55,746 nt of DNA from a virus. Lineage: Duplodnaviria; Caudoviricetes. The stretch spans positions 1-55,746 of IMG/VR virus record IMGVR_UViG_3300030108_001317; one strand, 5' to 3'. The notes under the pieces are model-generated. The model was not told the DNA's origin, ran no database searches, and was given only the letters and a program-made list of their open reading frames with translations. Both the position numbers and the translations under genes were made by a program. Shown here one piece after another: positions 1-9,476 of this stretch; position 1 is the stretch's first letter, and every line of letters begins with the position of its first letter.

Positions 1-2
1 AC

Positions 3-464
3 TGTTAAGTCGTCTTGTACTTTTAAATCTACAGCAGAAATACTAGCTAGAGCATCTACAATAGCAGCACCAGAACCAGCACCATCAGAATAAACAATCT
101 TAGTATCGCCAGCAGGTATGGTTACATTTGCACCTGAACCCTGACTTATAATTATGTTTTGCGAACCACTTGTTGCGTTTTCAATAAACCAAAGTTTAGA
201 TACTGTGTTAGGACCAATAGTTATAGTACAAGCTGAATCTAATGTTCCTGTATACTTTAAAAATATTGACCTACCGGGGTCTGTAGCACCATCTGCTATG
301 GTAGTTGTATGCGTATCAGCGTTTGTTGTAATTGCTTCTGTGCCGTAACTGAAGGCTTCAGCTATCAACTCCAAATTTGTATTCGTCACATCGCCCCAAG
401 TTCCTGACGCATCACCTGTTGCCATTTCATTGAGTCTTAAATCATTGACGTATGTACTTGCCAT
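3..464 (-). CDS. Tail fibre / tail protein N-terminus, truncated at window start (not in ORF track)
   Basis: ATG at 464 after a GGAGA SD. Reads MASTYVNDLRLNEMATGDASGTWGDVTNTNLELIAEA...KVQDDLT and stays open to the edge; resembles marine podophage tail-fibre anchors. Confidence 0.65.
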   Translation of the reverse strand, partial: MASTYVNDLRLNEMATGDASGTWGDVTNTNLELIAEAFSYGTEAITTNADTHTTTIADGATDPGRSIFLKYTGTLDSACTITIGPNTVSKLWFIENATSGSQNIIISQGSGANVTIPAGDTKIVYSDGAGSGAAIVDALASISAVDLKVQDDLT

Positions 465-476
465 TTATTTTCTCCA

Positions 477-1277
477 TTAAGCTACTTCTTCCCAATTTGG
501 TGTTTGTGATTCATCTACACTTAGCCAATTAGGAGTTTGTCCGGGAATAACTTCATCCCAAACTAATAATTTACCTGTATTACCTGTTGTTAATACACCA
601 GTTGGTTGAATTACAGCAGTTCCTGCTACTGTTAAACTTCCAACTGAACCTGTTACTAAAAAACCAGTTACAGAGATTATATTATCTGTAACTAAACTTA
701 AAGTTCCTATTGCTGTTGTTCCTACAACATTAGTAACAGACATATTAGCATCGCCTGTTACAGTCTCATCACCTACTGCTATTGTCGAAGCAGTACCTGA
801 AACTCCTGTTATAGCTACACCAGCAGCTAATAATGTCCCTACCGCACCAGTACCAGCTATTCCTGTTTCAGTTACATTAGCATCACCTGATACAGATTCA
901 TTTCCTAATGCTGTTGTTCCAGCTAATCCTGTTAAACTTAAGTTACAAATTCCTGTAACCGTTAAACTATTTATAGCTGTTGTAGCTGAAACTCCTGTTT
1001 CTGCTACGTTTGCATTACCTGTTGCAACTAAAGAACCTACCGCTCCTGTTGATGTTACTCCTGTTTCTGTAACGTTTGCTACACCGGTTACTGTTAAAGA
1101 ACTAACAGCACCAGTACAAGTAACACCTGTTTCTGTAATGTTTGCATTACAACTAACTGTTTCTGTGCCTAATGCAGAAGTTGCTGCAACACCTGTAAGG
1201 TTTACAGAAACATTGACTATTGCAGGTTGACCCCAAGGACCTGAACCCCAAGTGGACCGACCCCATCCAACAGACAT
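477..1277 (-). CDS. Thr/Gly/Val-rich virion (tail) protein with ~30-aa quasi-repeats
   Basis: WG repeats at the N-terminus, repeating 'ANVTETGV.. T.AVG.L.V.G' units, structural-operon context. Confidence 0.55.
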   Translation of the reverse strand: MSVGWGRSTWGSGPWGQPAIVNVSVNLTGVAATSALGTETVSCNANITETGVTCTGAVSSLTVTGVANVTETGVTSTGAVGSLVATGNANVAETGVSATTAINSLTVTGICNLSLTGLAGTTALGNESVSGDANVTETGIAGTGAVGTLLAAGVAITGVSGTASTIAVGDETVTGDANMSVTNVVGTTAIGTLSLVTDNIISVTGFLVTGSVGSLTVAGTAVIQPTGVLTTGNTGKLLVWDEVIPGQTPNWLSVDESQTPNWEEVA

Positions 1278-1278
1278 A

Positions 1279-1710
1279 TTACGCTATTCTAATAACTGCG
1301 TTACTTGCGTCTGCTGTTGGAAAAGTAATTGTAAATGAACCTGCTGTTGATGTTTTATCTGCTCCAAAATCAAAAACTGCTACTGCTGGGTCACCTGTTG
1401 CTGAGTCGTTGTAAATCATACAACCTCTTGCTGTAACAGTTGCTGTTCCAAAAGTTAAATCAGCAAAGTCTGTAAACGCTGTTGTACCTGAAGTAGAAGG
1501 GTCAACACGGGTTAACGTATTACCTTTAGCAGTATAGTTTGTACCACTAGCTTCGTTACTTGTTGTATATGCGGTAGTTGCAGCACTCATAGTTGCCGAA
1601 CTTGTATAAAGTGCAAGCCTAAATGTGCTCCCACCTGAGTTTTTAAAATTGTGCACGCCTTCCAAAAGTTCTTTCTTGAAAGAAGTACACATCGCTTGTG
1701 TAATAGCCAT
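1279..1710 (-). CDS. Conserved virion structural protein
   Basis: MAITQAMCTSFKKELL...FTITFPTADASNAVIRIA is a recurrent phage structural family; GAGG SD. Confidence 0.55.
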   Translation of the reverse strand: MAITQAMCTSFKKELLEGVHNFKNSGGSTFRLALYTSSATMSAATTAYTTSNEASGTNYTAKGNTLTRVDPSTSGTTAFTDFADLTFGTATVTARGCMIYNDSATGDPAVAVFDFGADKTSTAGSFTITFPTADASNAVIRIA

Positions 1711-2000
1711 TATAGCCTCCTTATTATATTTGCTAGGTCTTTATGACCTTGTTTTTCTAACTCATTACATATTGTGCAAACATGATTTTGAATACCCTGA
1801 TTTACATAATATTGAATGACCCATTTGCATCTATCTCTAAATGCGTGTGCTTGTGCTTTTACCATAGGGTCAACGTCATCACTTATAGAAATAAGTTTAT
1901 TAGTAGCCATTTCAGCCAACTCCTCAACAGTATGTCCTCTATTTTGAGTTGTTGTTACTCCTACGTTGCCTATTGATAATTCAAATTTGTCTGTCTGCAT
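1710..2000 (-). CDS. Hypothetical phage protein
   Basis: 96-aa ORF, stop/start-coupled to both neighbours. Confidence 0.6.
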   Translation of the reverse strand: MQTDKFELSIGNVGVTTTQNRGHTVEELAEMATNKLISISDDVDPMVKAQAHAFRDRCKWVIQYYVNQGIQNHVCTICNELEKQGHKDLANIIRRL

Positions 2001-2746
2001 TATGGTTTATTTGGTTCTACTATGTCGTTAAATTCTGTCTGTGGGTCTTCTCTTCCTGATATGCCGTAAGGCACCATTTGTTGTTTTATGACTTCAGAAT
2101 ACCTACAAACCTTCATTTTATTATCTTCTACATAACTTACTATGGGGTCTTGTAGTCTATGATAACCATAAAGTTTGTCTTTAATCTCTACGTTTGCATC
2201 TAGTAAGTTAGACCTAAGTGCTATAGAAACATCTATTTTTTGTTCCATACATTTAGCTAACCAAAACTCACAACAGGCTCTACCCATTTCTGCAAAGTAA
2301 ACTAGCTTTTTATAAGTAAAATCAGCACCATACATAGCTACAGAGCCAACTTTATTCCAATAAGCAAAAGCTATAGCATAAGCTACTGTATTGTTTAAAT
2401 ATCCGCACTCTGTATCTCTAACGATTGCTTCTATAGGATATAACTCAATATTAGGCACTCTTTCATCTAATTCTACTGAATATATAGGACAAGTTGCTTT
2501 AGGCAAAACTCTTCGCATTAATTCAGTTTGATTACCAGCGTCATCAGAATCAAAAAATCTTGTCATGGGGTCCATAGCAAAAATCCTATCAGGATTAGGT
2601 ATAACCCCTGCCATCGCATTTATAGCCCAAACTTCATCGTATTGTTTACTATGTGCTGTAGCTATATGAAAATCTAATTGACTTTCACCCATAGCAACTA
2701 TTGCTATATGTTTGCCCTTTAGGTCTTTTATTGGTTTCTTTAACAT
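2000..2746 (-). CDS. Rossmann-like enzyme, possibly DUF115/MptE or sialyltransferase-like fold
   Basis: IAIVAMGES, VWAIN, NNTVAYAIAFA and MYGADF motifs; AAGGAG SD. Confidence 0.45.
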   Translation of the reverse strand: MLKKPIKDLKGKHIAIVAMGESQLDFHIATAHSKQYDEVWAINAMAGVIPNPDRIFAMDPMTRFFDSDDAGNQTELMRRVLPKATCPIYSVELDERVPNIELYPIEAIVRDTECGYLNNTVAYAIAFAYWNKVGSVAMYGADFTYKKLVYFAEMGRACCEFWLAKCMEQKIDVSIALRSNLLDANVEIKDKLYGYHRLQDPIVSYVEDNKMKVCRYSEVIKQQMVPYGISGREDPQTEFNDIVEPNKP

Positions 2747-2764
2747 TATCTGCTCCTTAATGTT

Positions 2765-3406
2765 TTATGACACAGGTATTTGTAAAGTGCTATCTTTATA
2801 TGTGTCTGTTGTGTTTCTTCCCTCTGCTAAAACTTTTAATCTAGCTAGTGCCTTTTCGTATCTATCGTTATATAAATTCATCAAGTCAGGCTCACCTTTC
2901 ATATACGTATATGCTTCTACTAAAGACCCATATAGCAAAGCGTTTGATGCGTTAGTAGACAACCAAGTTGAATCACTATCAGAACCTGCTGTTATGGAAG
3001 TGGGTCTATAAAAATAATGCAGTTCAGATGTATAGTCAGCATCTGGTGTAGGACCTATAATGTATGTATTTTCGTCAAATAACGAATAATGTTTCGGAGT
3101 TCCTTTTACTGTTGGATTAGGATATGCCTCTCTTATAAAAGTAACATCTGTTCTAAGCAAATTACTATGAGAATTAGAACTAATAATAGTTATATCAAAA
3201 GTATCTAAAAAATCACTAGGCGTAGCCAAATACGGATTTCCATCTGTTAGTGTACCTCGTACGGCTTTCCTGAATACAGGTAGACGTACCATTTTTAAAA
3301 TTCTTTCTTCAGCTTGTTTTATTATCGTAGGTAAGTCATTAACAAAATTTGTTTCTGAGTTTTGTAGATAATTCTGTATTGCTGATTTTAATTGTGCGTA
3401 TGTCAT
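2765..3406 (-). CDS. Head-tail adaptor / tail tubular protein A-like
   Basis: MTYAQLKSAIQNYL, GTPKHY..IGPTPD and LLYGSLVEAY motifs typical of podophage adaptors. Confidence 0.65.
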   Translation of the reverse strand: MTYAQLKSAIQNYLQNSETNFVNDLPTIIKQAEERILKMVRLPVFRKAVRGTLTDGNPYLATPSDFLDTFDITIISSNSHSNLLRTDVTFIREAYPNPTVKGTPKHYSLFDENTYIIGPTPDADYTSELHYFYRPTSITAGSDSDSTWLSTNASNALLYGSLVEAYTYMKGEPDLMNLYNDRYEKALARLKVLAEGRNTTDTYKDSTLQIPVS

Positions 3407-3408
3407 AG

Positions 3409-3753
3409 TTAACTCGTTGTTACTGTAAGCTTACCTACTTTACCAAACATATCTAAACCTAAAGTGGATGAACCTAATTCTGTAATACCACCACCTATAG
3501 GATTAAAAGCAGAAAACCTTCTACTAGCTGCTAGACCCCTATCTGGTCTTGGGTCTAACAAAGCTTGAGGGTCATCGCTAGAATATTTGCCTAGTTGTAG
3601 CTGTGGTTGGTCTACATCCAAACACTCACTACAAACTTTATAGCCAGTTCTTTTTTGATTATAAATTTCAAAAACTAAATCTGTATATGGATATTCAAAC
3701 CCACACCTGTCACAAAATGCTATAGATTTTTTACCGGAAGCAAAATTACCCAT
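3409..3753 (-). CDS. Zn-finger (CxxC...CxxC) phage protein
   Basis: CDRCG...VCSEC..D..QPQL...DPRPD. Confidence 0.6.
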   Translation of the reverse strand: MGNFASGKKSIAFCDRCGFEYPYTDLVFEIYNQKRTGYKVCSECLDVDQPQLQLGKYSSDDPQALLDPRPDRGLAASRRFSAFNPIGGGITELGSSTLGLDMFGKVGKLTVTTS

Positions 3754-4445
3754 TAATTTCTACTTACAAAGGGTACGAATCTTACAGCAGCTTTTTCTCT
3801 ATCTTCTGAGGAAGCAAGTTGCCATTGTTCATCATACATAGCTTTCAAAGCTAAAACTCTTTCTGCTTGGTCTGAATGTTTTACAGATAAATAGTAAGCT
3901 AGTCCAGCAGTTGCACAAGGCAAAAACCTAGCAGGTAAATCTAAAGTATTAGATGCAGGACTGCCTACATCTTCTATTCTAGCTATTCTGTAATAAAACA
4001 ACGTATATGTTTCAACGTCATCCGGTACAGGATATAAATTAACTACAGGTGCTGCTTGTTGTCTATCTATATATATCTGTATAGGTAGTCCTTTTGAAAG
4101 TTTATTTGGTATAGCAGAGTAAGTAGAAACAGATATACGATTTAATCGTGTATCACTTTGCGTATCAACGTTGCCTGAATTAGTTCTAATAGAATGTTCT
4201 ATTAAGTCTATAGTATCAGACGGTAACGTATACGTTGCAGTACCTGCTGTTAAAGCTTGTGTACCGCTTTCCACTTTCCATAAATTTATACCACGATTAG
4301 CCCACTCAAGAAACATGGTATTTAAGGAGCGTCTAGCACTCCTTAAATGATAACCAGAACGCATCTCTACTCCTGCCAAATCAAAGGCTTCTTCTGCTAG
4401 TTCTGTAAAGTCTGGATTGAATGTAGCTGAACCGCTAGTTGCCAT
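3753..4445 (-). CDS. Second head-tail adaptor-like protein
   Basis: ARRSLN.MFLEWANRGINLW, G.P...YIDR and LYPVPD motifs. Confidence 0.6.
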   Translation of the reverse strand: MATSGSATFNPDFTELAEEAFDLAGVEMRSGYHLRSARRSLNTMFLEWANRGINLWKVESGTQALTAGTATYTLPSDTIDLIEHSIRTNSGNVDTQSDTRLNRISVSTYSAIPNKLSKGLPIQIYIDRQQAAPVVNLYPVPDDVETYTLFYYRIARIEDVGSPASNTLDLPARFLPCATAGLAYYLSVKHSDQAERVLALKAMYDEQWQLASSEDREKAAVRFVPFVSRN

Positions 4446-4628
4446 TTACACTCTGCCACCAAATTTTTTCTTAACCAAATCTTGATACATCATTGGTCCT
4501 TTCATTTTGGATTTACCTTTAGTGTTTCTACCACCAGCCATTTTTTTCATCATAGCTTTGCCTTTAACGGTCTTACCGTTTACGGTCTTACCGTTTTTAT
4601 ACATAGCTTTGCCTTTAGTACGTTTCAT
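4446..4628 (-). CDS. Small Lys/Met/Gly-rich basic protein
   Basis: 60 aa, GGAGA SD, internal duplications NGKTV x2 and KGKAM x2. Confidence 0.55.
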   Translation of the reverse strand: MKRTKGKAMYKNGKTVNGKTVKGKAMMKKMAGGRNTKGKSKMKGPMMYQDLVKKKFGGRV

Positions 4629-4639
4629 ACTTTTCTCCG

Positions 4640-5056
4640 TTAATAGTGTTTATGTGCCCAAATAATAGCACTATAGGTATCGCCGTCTGTATGATTTACT
4701 GTAGTTAACAATAAGTCACCATTGACTCCGGTTCCTGCATTATTTGGTATTCCTGATTTACCTTCGTTACCCATAGAAAAATCCCACGTATCTGAAAAGT
4801 CAGCAGGTGCTTCAAATATAAATTGATTGGAACTTGCTTTCCAAAATAATTTAAATCCCATGCCTATATTACTAAACCAAATACGTTGAATTGAGACACG
4901 GCTACAAGCCGCACCTGTTGTTGGATTTGAATTTAAAGCAGATACATCAATTTTAGCAACGGCAGATTCACCTGTTCCGTCACTAATATTAGTTATCTTT
5001 ACAATTAAATTCTTGCCACCGTCTTCTATGGTCTGCGATGTTACTGCATCAGCCAT
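4640..5056 (-). CDS. Putative virion protein
   Basis: GGAGG SD, beta-rich composition, structural operon. Confidence 0.5.
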   Translation of the reverse strand: MADAVTSQTIEDGGKNLIVKITNISDGTGESAVAKIDVSALNSNPTTGAACSRVSIQRIWFSNIGMGFKLFWKASSNQFIFEAPADFSDTWDFSMGNEGKSGIPNNAGTGVNGDLLLTTVNHTDGDTYSAIIWAHKHY

Positions 5057-5067
5057 TATAGACCTCC

Positions 5068-5574
5068 TTAAGCGTCAGCAAATGGAGTTACTACAGTTCC
5101 TGAAGCAAGGTTAATACCCTCTACTGCATACTTAGCTGAAGCTATTGCTGTAACTCTAATGATTGTTCCAGCTATTCCGCCTTTAGTAGTACCATTTAAA
5201 GTTATAACATCATTACTAGCACCTGAGAAGAATGTTTTACCTGCTGCATCGCTTTTACCCATATATAATCCACCAACGAACTTATCTGTGCCGTCAGTTT
5301 TAATATCTAAGTCTGTAGCTGCTGTTTCTATTACAAAAGTAAAAGAAGCACCCAAGTTGTTAGTTTGATTAGGGTCATCATCCCTACCCGGAGCAGTTGC
5401 AACAATACTTGGTAAAGTAAATTTACCATCAGCATCATTACAAGTAAGAATCTTACCTGAGTGTGCTGCTACTGTAAGTGTAGTGTCTGCTGTTAAGCTA
5501 ACTACGGTTGCATTACCTGCTGAAATGAAACCAGCTAGTGACCTAACCGGTCCTGAAAAAGTTGATTTTGCCAT
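5068..5574 (-). CDS. Putative head decoration/fibre protein
   Basis: MAKSTFSGPVRS..GF N-terminal motif; directly follows the capsid gene. Confidence 0.5.
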   Translation of the reverse strand: MAKSTFSGPVRSLAGFISAGNATVVSLTADTTLTVAAHSGKILTCNDADGKFTLPSIVATAPGRDDDPNQTNNLGASFTFVIETAATDLDIKTDGTDKFVGGLYMGKSDAAGKTFFSGASNDVITLNGTTKGGIAGTIIRVTAIASAKYAVEGINLASGTVVTPFADA

Positions 5575-5657
5575 AATTAAGTCTCCTTAATACTCTATCG
5601 TCTTGGCGAGTCTGCTAGGTCAGTCGATAGATTAAATAAAACCCTAGATTTAAAACG

Positions 5658-5688
5658 AAAAAAAGGGCGATAGAATTAACTATCGCCC
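5658..5688 (-). terminator. Rho-independent terminator after the major capsid gene
   Basis: GGGCGATAG-N6-CTATCGCCC followed by a T-run on the minus strand. Confidence 0.8.
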
Positions 5689-5696
5689 ATTTATTC

Positions 5697-6635
5697 TTAG
5701 CTACTACCCGGTGAACCGTAGATTCCCATGTAGTCACTTACTCCAAATGAGTAACGCTCTCTCGCTTTATAACGAACATTTCCGGTGTCAAAGTCACCAT
5801 CCATAGAAGTTTCTAAAGCTGTTCTTTGGAAGTGTTTCATTCCATTAGGAACATCAGTAATAATGAAGAAAGCATTGGAATCTGTTAAATAGTGATTAAC
5901 AAAATATCCTTCTGGTATTGCTCCATTATTTCTAAGTGCGTTGATGTCATTGTCAGAAGTTCCAACTCTGCCTTCAGTCTCTAAGAGTCTTGTAGCAGTA
6001 AATTGTAACGCTGATGGAATAATCAAACGTCTTGGTTTAGCAGCAACCAAAAGTCCACGCTCATCTTTATATCCAGCAATATCTATTACTGCATTTTCTA
6101 ATGAGGTTTCGTTAAGGTCAGTTGCTGTGACAGGACGGTTATTATTTTTACCGCCGTCAACCAAGGGGTGTCCGTCACCACCAGTAACTCCGTCACCTGA
6201 TGCAGTAAATAAATTTACTCCGTCACCAGATTGGAAAGAGTTTGTAAAACCATTGTTCAATGGATTTACAGCTTTTACCTGTTTAGTGTAAGACATAGCC
6301 CTAGCTAGTGCTTTTGTATATCTAGCAGAAAGCGAATCATAAAGATTATCTTCCATCGCTTCTTCTGTAATACTAAAGCCCATCGCTATAGTTTCGTGAT
6401 TATAACGTGCTGTGTAAGTTTCTTGTGCTGAATCATAACTGATTGCAGAACCTTCATTCTTAACAGGAGCAGCATCAAATCCACTTAACTTCACCTCTTC
6501 CTCGAAAGAACGGTCAGAGTTTTCAGTTTCATAGATAGCTGCGTGCTCATCGTCATAAGACGTGTATTCATCGCCAAAGAGTGCATTCAATCCCGGAAGT
6601 AACTCTTTGAGCATTTGTGCTCTTGATATAGCCAT
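5697..6635 (-). CDS. Major capsid protein
   Basis: MAISRAQMLKELLPGLNALFG...DFDTGNVRYKARERYSFG; follows the scaffold gene and is followed by a terminator. Confidence 0.85.
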   Translation of the reverse strand: MAISRAQMLKELLPGLNALFGDEYTSYDDEHAAIYETENSDRSFEEEVKLSGFDAAPVKNEGSAISYDSAQETYTARYNHETIAMGFSITEEAMEDNLYDSLSARYTKALARAMSYTKQVKAVNPLNNGFTNSFQSGDGVNLFTASGDGVTGGDGHPLVDGGKNNNRPVTATDLNETSLENAVIDIAGYKDERGLLVAAKPRRLIIPSALQFTATRLLETEGRVGTSDNDINALRNNGAIPEGYFVNHYLTDSNAFFIITDVPNGMKHFQRTALETSMDGDFDTGNVRYKARERYSFGVSDYMGIYGSPGSS

Positions 6636-6648
6636 TTATATACTCCCT

Positions 6649-7230
6649 TTAAACACCTGTGGTGTTGTCATATTGATGCCCTGCGTTGAATTTAACGATA
6701 ACATCTGTGAAAGAATCACCAACTGAGCTATCAGGACCATCAACAAAGTCGATGATTCTAAGTGGAAGCGTAGCAGTAGTAGCGGCAATAGTTGAACTAT
6801 CGACAGCGTTTTTACTACGTCCAATGCTCGTTGAACCTGCGGTCTGAACAATCGCTACATTATTACCTATAGCTGTTTGAGCCAAAGAATCGTCCCCTTG
6901 CATTTTCATCAATACATTGGGGTCATCTAACACATAGGCTTTTATATCACTAGCAACCGTAGAAGCTGGATAAAACTGCGAATATGTAGGTTGATTTGTA
7001 GTCGGGTCAGTATAAGAACAACCCATAAAAACACCTGTAGGTGTCAAAGTAGTTGTTCCTGTATCTTTTTCTATAGTTCCAGCAGCGACTGTTTTTACGA
7101 AATCACCGTAGAATATAGCGGTGCCATAATTACTGGCTATCTTTAAGTGTCTAACTTTTCCTGTAAAGGAACCGCTTGCACTCAGAGTACCAATAGGTTC
7201 TGCACCCATAGGAGTTGCCGTTGAAGACAT
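6649..7230 (-). CDS. Minor capsid/cement protein
   Basis: IFYGD.V, GVFMGCSYTDP and YVLDDPN motifs; immediately upstream of the major capsid gene. Confidence 0.55.
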   Translation of the reverse strand: MSSTATPMGAEPIGTLSASGSFTGKVRHLKIASNYGTAIFYGDFVKTVAAGTIEKDTGTTTLTPTGVFMGCSYTDPTTNQPTYSQFYPASTVASDIKAYVLDDPNVLMKMQGDDSLAQTAIGNNVAIVQTAGSTSIGRSKNAVDSSTIAATTATLPLRIIDFVDGPDSSVGDSFTDVIVKFNAGHQYDNTTGV

Positions 7231-7272
7231 AAATTTTTCTCCGATTAAATTAAATAAAGCACAATTAATTAC

Positions 7273-7782
7273 TTAATTGTTGCCACCAAATTTAACCTTC
7301 GTAGTTCTTTCTGGTCTTAGTAAAGGCATACGAGGGTCATTTTCTCGTAGATAATTTCTATCAACACCTTCCATTTGTTGCTGTGCCATATCCTCATAGT
7401 ATTTCGACCTCTGTTGCATTGTTTTTTCAGGGGCTTTACATAAAAGCAAACCGCCTATTTCAATGTTACCTTTAGCCGCAAACTGTGAACCATAGTCAGA
7501 TTGAATTTTTAATTCAGGATGTTCTTCAGCCATTACAGGTTCCCAACCTTCACGAAAACGTGTTGAAACGTTTATGTTGTCGGACTCCCCTAATATAGAA
7601 GTTCTAATCCATCTAAAAACCCAACCGTCTTGCGGTTCAGGTATTGGCAAAAGTGATTGAGGAATAAAAGCATCATTTGGACGAGTATCGTCTTTTCTTT
7701 CATCTACATCTCTAGGTGCACGCTTATCGACTACAGACTCTTCTGTAGATTCATCTGTGTCGTTTTCATATATATCAGACAT
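7273..7782 (-). CDS. Conserved head-module hypothetical protein
   Basis: GWVFRWIR...REGWEPV...IGGLLLCK. Confidence 0.6.
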   Translation of the reverse strand: MSDIYENDTDESTEESVVDKRAPRDVDERKDDTRPNDAFIPQSLLPIPEPQDGWVFRWIRTSILGESDNINVSTRFREGWEPVMAEEHPELKIQSDYGSQFAAKGNIEIGGLLLCKAPEKTMQQRSKYYEDMAQQQMEGVDRNYLRENDPRMPLLRPERTTKVKFGGNN

Positions 7783-8837
7783 TAAATTTTCTCCTTAATG
7801 AGTTCTTTAGCATATCTTTCTGGACTAATCCCAAGACGCTTTGCGAGAGCGACTTGAGTTGAAGTTAACTGCACTTTGCGGGGTTTGCTACCATTATTGC
7901 GATTAGATGGTGCTACTACCGATTGTGTATTTCTGGGTGTCGCAGTTTCAGCAACTTCGTTGCTTTCTTCAGGTGTTTCCACCCCGAAATAATCAGGGAA
8001 ACGGAGTCGCATACGCTTATCCACTTCCTCATAATACTTATCTGACTGTGGCGATATACCTTCCTTTCTAACTAAGGTTTCATGTATACCATAAGCCAAA
8101 GCAGTCATTTCCTTTTGGTCATCTGACCCGAACCACGAATTGTTTCTCAACCAAGCCACCGCCTTTGGGTCTATTGTTGGCGGTTGTTGCGGTATAGGTT
8201 GTTGTTGTCCAACAGGCTGTTGTGGTGCCTGTTGTGCTCTTGCTTGTTCAACAGCTAAGTGGTCTTCTGCAACTTTTAACTCTGATTGAGCCTTTAACAT
8301 ATCGTTAGTTGCATTAGTTATTTGTTCCGTATCACCTGACTCATGTGCCGCCATGTGATTGCGTTTAGCCTGTTCTAGTTGTGCTTCTGCCTTTGCTTTT
8401 ACTTGTTGCATCAAGGCACTTTCACCACGTTGTACTAATGCAGACAATCTTCTGTTTTCTTCTGCTTGTTGTTTCGCAAAGCTAACAGATTCTTCTCTTA
8501 GTTTTTCTGCGGCTTCTTTTGCACGTCTTTCTTCGTGAAATTCGTATTTTAATTTATTAATACGTTTTTTAACTCGCTCATCAATGCCGTCAATTTCTTG
8601 TTCTATCTCAGCTTGGTCAGCTTGTTTTTGTTCGTCAGAACGAGGTGTTTTTCTGTCATCCTCCGGTCTGTCGTCTATAATTTCTACGTCAAAATCTTCA
8701 GCAGAATCATCAGATACTACAGTATTTTTAATCCCTAAAAACTTCTCTTCTTGCGAATGAGGGCTTTCTTCTACTATATCTTCTACTGGTTCAACTGCTT
8801 CAAATTGCTCTTCTGCAAACTCTTCGTTTGTACTCAT
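7782..8837 (-). CDS. Capsid scaffolding protein
   Basis: Acidic N-terminus, long coiled coil, C-terminal LTSTQVALAKRLGIS; lies between portal and capsid genes. Confidence 0.65.
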   Translation of the reverse strand: MSTNEEFAEEQFEAVEPVEDIVEESPHSQEEKFLGIKNTVVSDDSAEDFDVEIIDDRPEDDRKTPRSDEQKQADQAEIEQEIDGIDERVKKRINKLKYEFHEERRAKEAAEKLREESVSFAKQQAEENRRLSALVQRGESALMQQVKAKAEAQLEQAKRNHMAAHESGDTEQITNATNDMLKAQSELKVAEDHLAVEQARAQQAPQQPVGQQQPIPQQPPTIDPKAVAWLRNNSWFGSDDQKEMTALAYGIHETLVRKEGISPQSDKYYEEVDKRMRLRFPDYFGVETPEESNEVAETATPRNTQSVVAPSNRNNGSKPRKVQLTSTQVALAKRLGISPERYAKELIKEKI

Positions 8838-9223
8838 GCTTTAACCACTCCTCTTGGGTCTTCAACAACGGCTTCAACGCTGTCATCGTTTATTAATCTA
8901 AATTCTTTGCCGTGTACTAAAAATCTAGTTCCGGAATAAGAACGCATTATTATCCAATCACCTTCCTTACAATATGCACCGTTTGGAAAACGTTGCTTAT
9001 CTTGGTAGGCATCAGGACCTAATTTCATTACAAATCCACATATTGAGCCTACAGATTCTCTTTCAACGTAAGATGAGGCTTTTATAATGCCCCCTTCTGT
9101 TTTCTCTTCTGCTTCAGGTAATGCTATTAATATTCGATAACCAGAGGGTTCTGGTAATTGTTTCGCTGTAGGTTCCTTTTTAACTTCAGTTTCAGAACCT
9201 TTTATTTCTTTTGCTGCTTCCAT
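8834..9223 (-). CDS. groES: Co-chaperonin GroES-like
   Basis: P.GYRILI..PEAEEKTEGGII...G..FLVHGKEFRLINDD.VEAVV. Confidence 0.85.
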   Translation of the reverse strand: MEAAKEIKGSETEVKKEPTAKQLPEPSGYRILIALPEAEEKTEGGIIKASSYVERESVGSICGFVMKLGPDAYQDKQRFPNGAYCKEGDWIIMRSYSGTRFLVHGKEFRLINDDSVEAVVEDPRGVVKA

Positions 9224-9269
9224 ATTTTATTTTAATTGCACAGGTTTAGGACCTGCGACCTTTGCATCG

Positions 9270-9476
9270 TTATGATGTATCTTCTGCTCTCTCTATTAGG
9301 TCAAGCAAATCTCTTTCTGCTAAAGCTAGTCCGGCTACTATACCTGCCATATACCTATAGTCTGAAAAATCTTTACACGCACCACCAGCCATAACGTCTG
9401 TGTGGTCGTTCATTCGTTCCCTAATCATTTTGCGTAACGCATCAGGGAAGTTATCTATTATTATTTCGCTGCTCAT
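9270..9476 (-). CDS. Hypothetical protein (portal-GroES linker gene)
   Basis: DFSDYRYMAGIVAGL motif; ATGA-type overlap with the portal gene. Confidence 0.6.
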   Translation of the reverse strand: MSSEIIIDNFPDALRKMIRERMNDHTDVMAGGACKDFSDYRYMAGIVAGLALAERDLLDLIERAEDTS

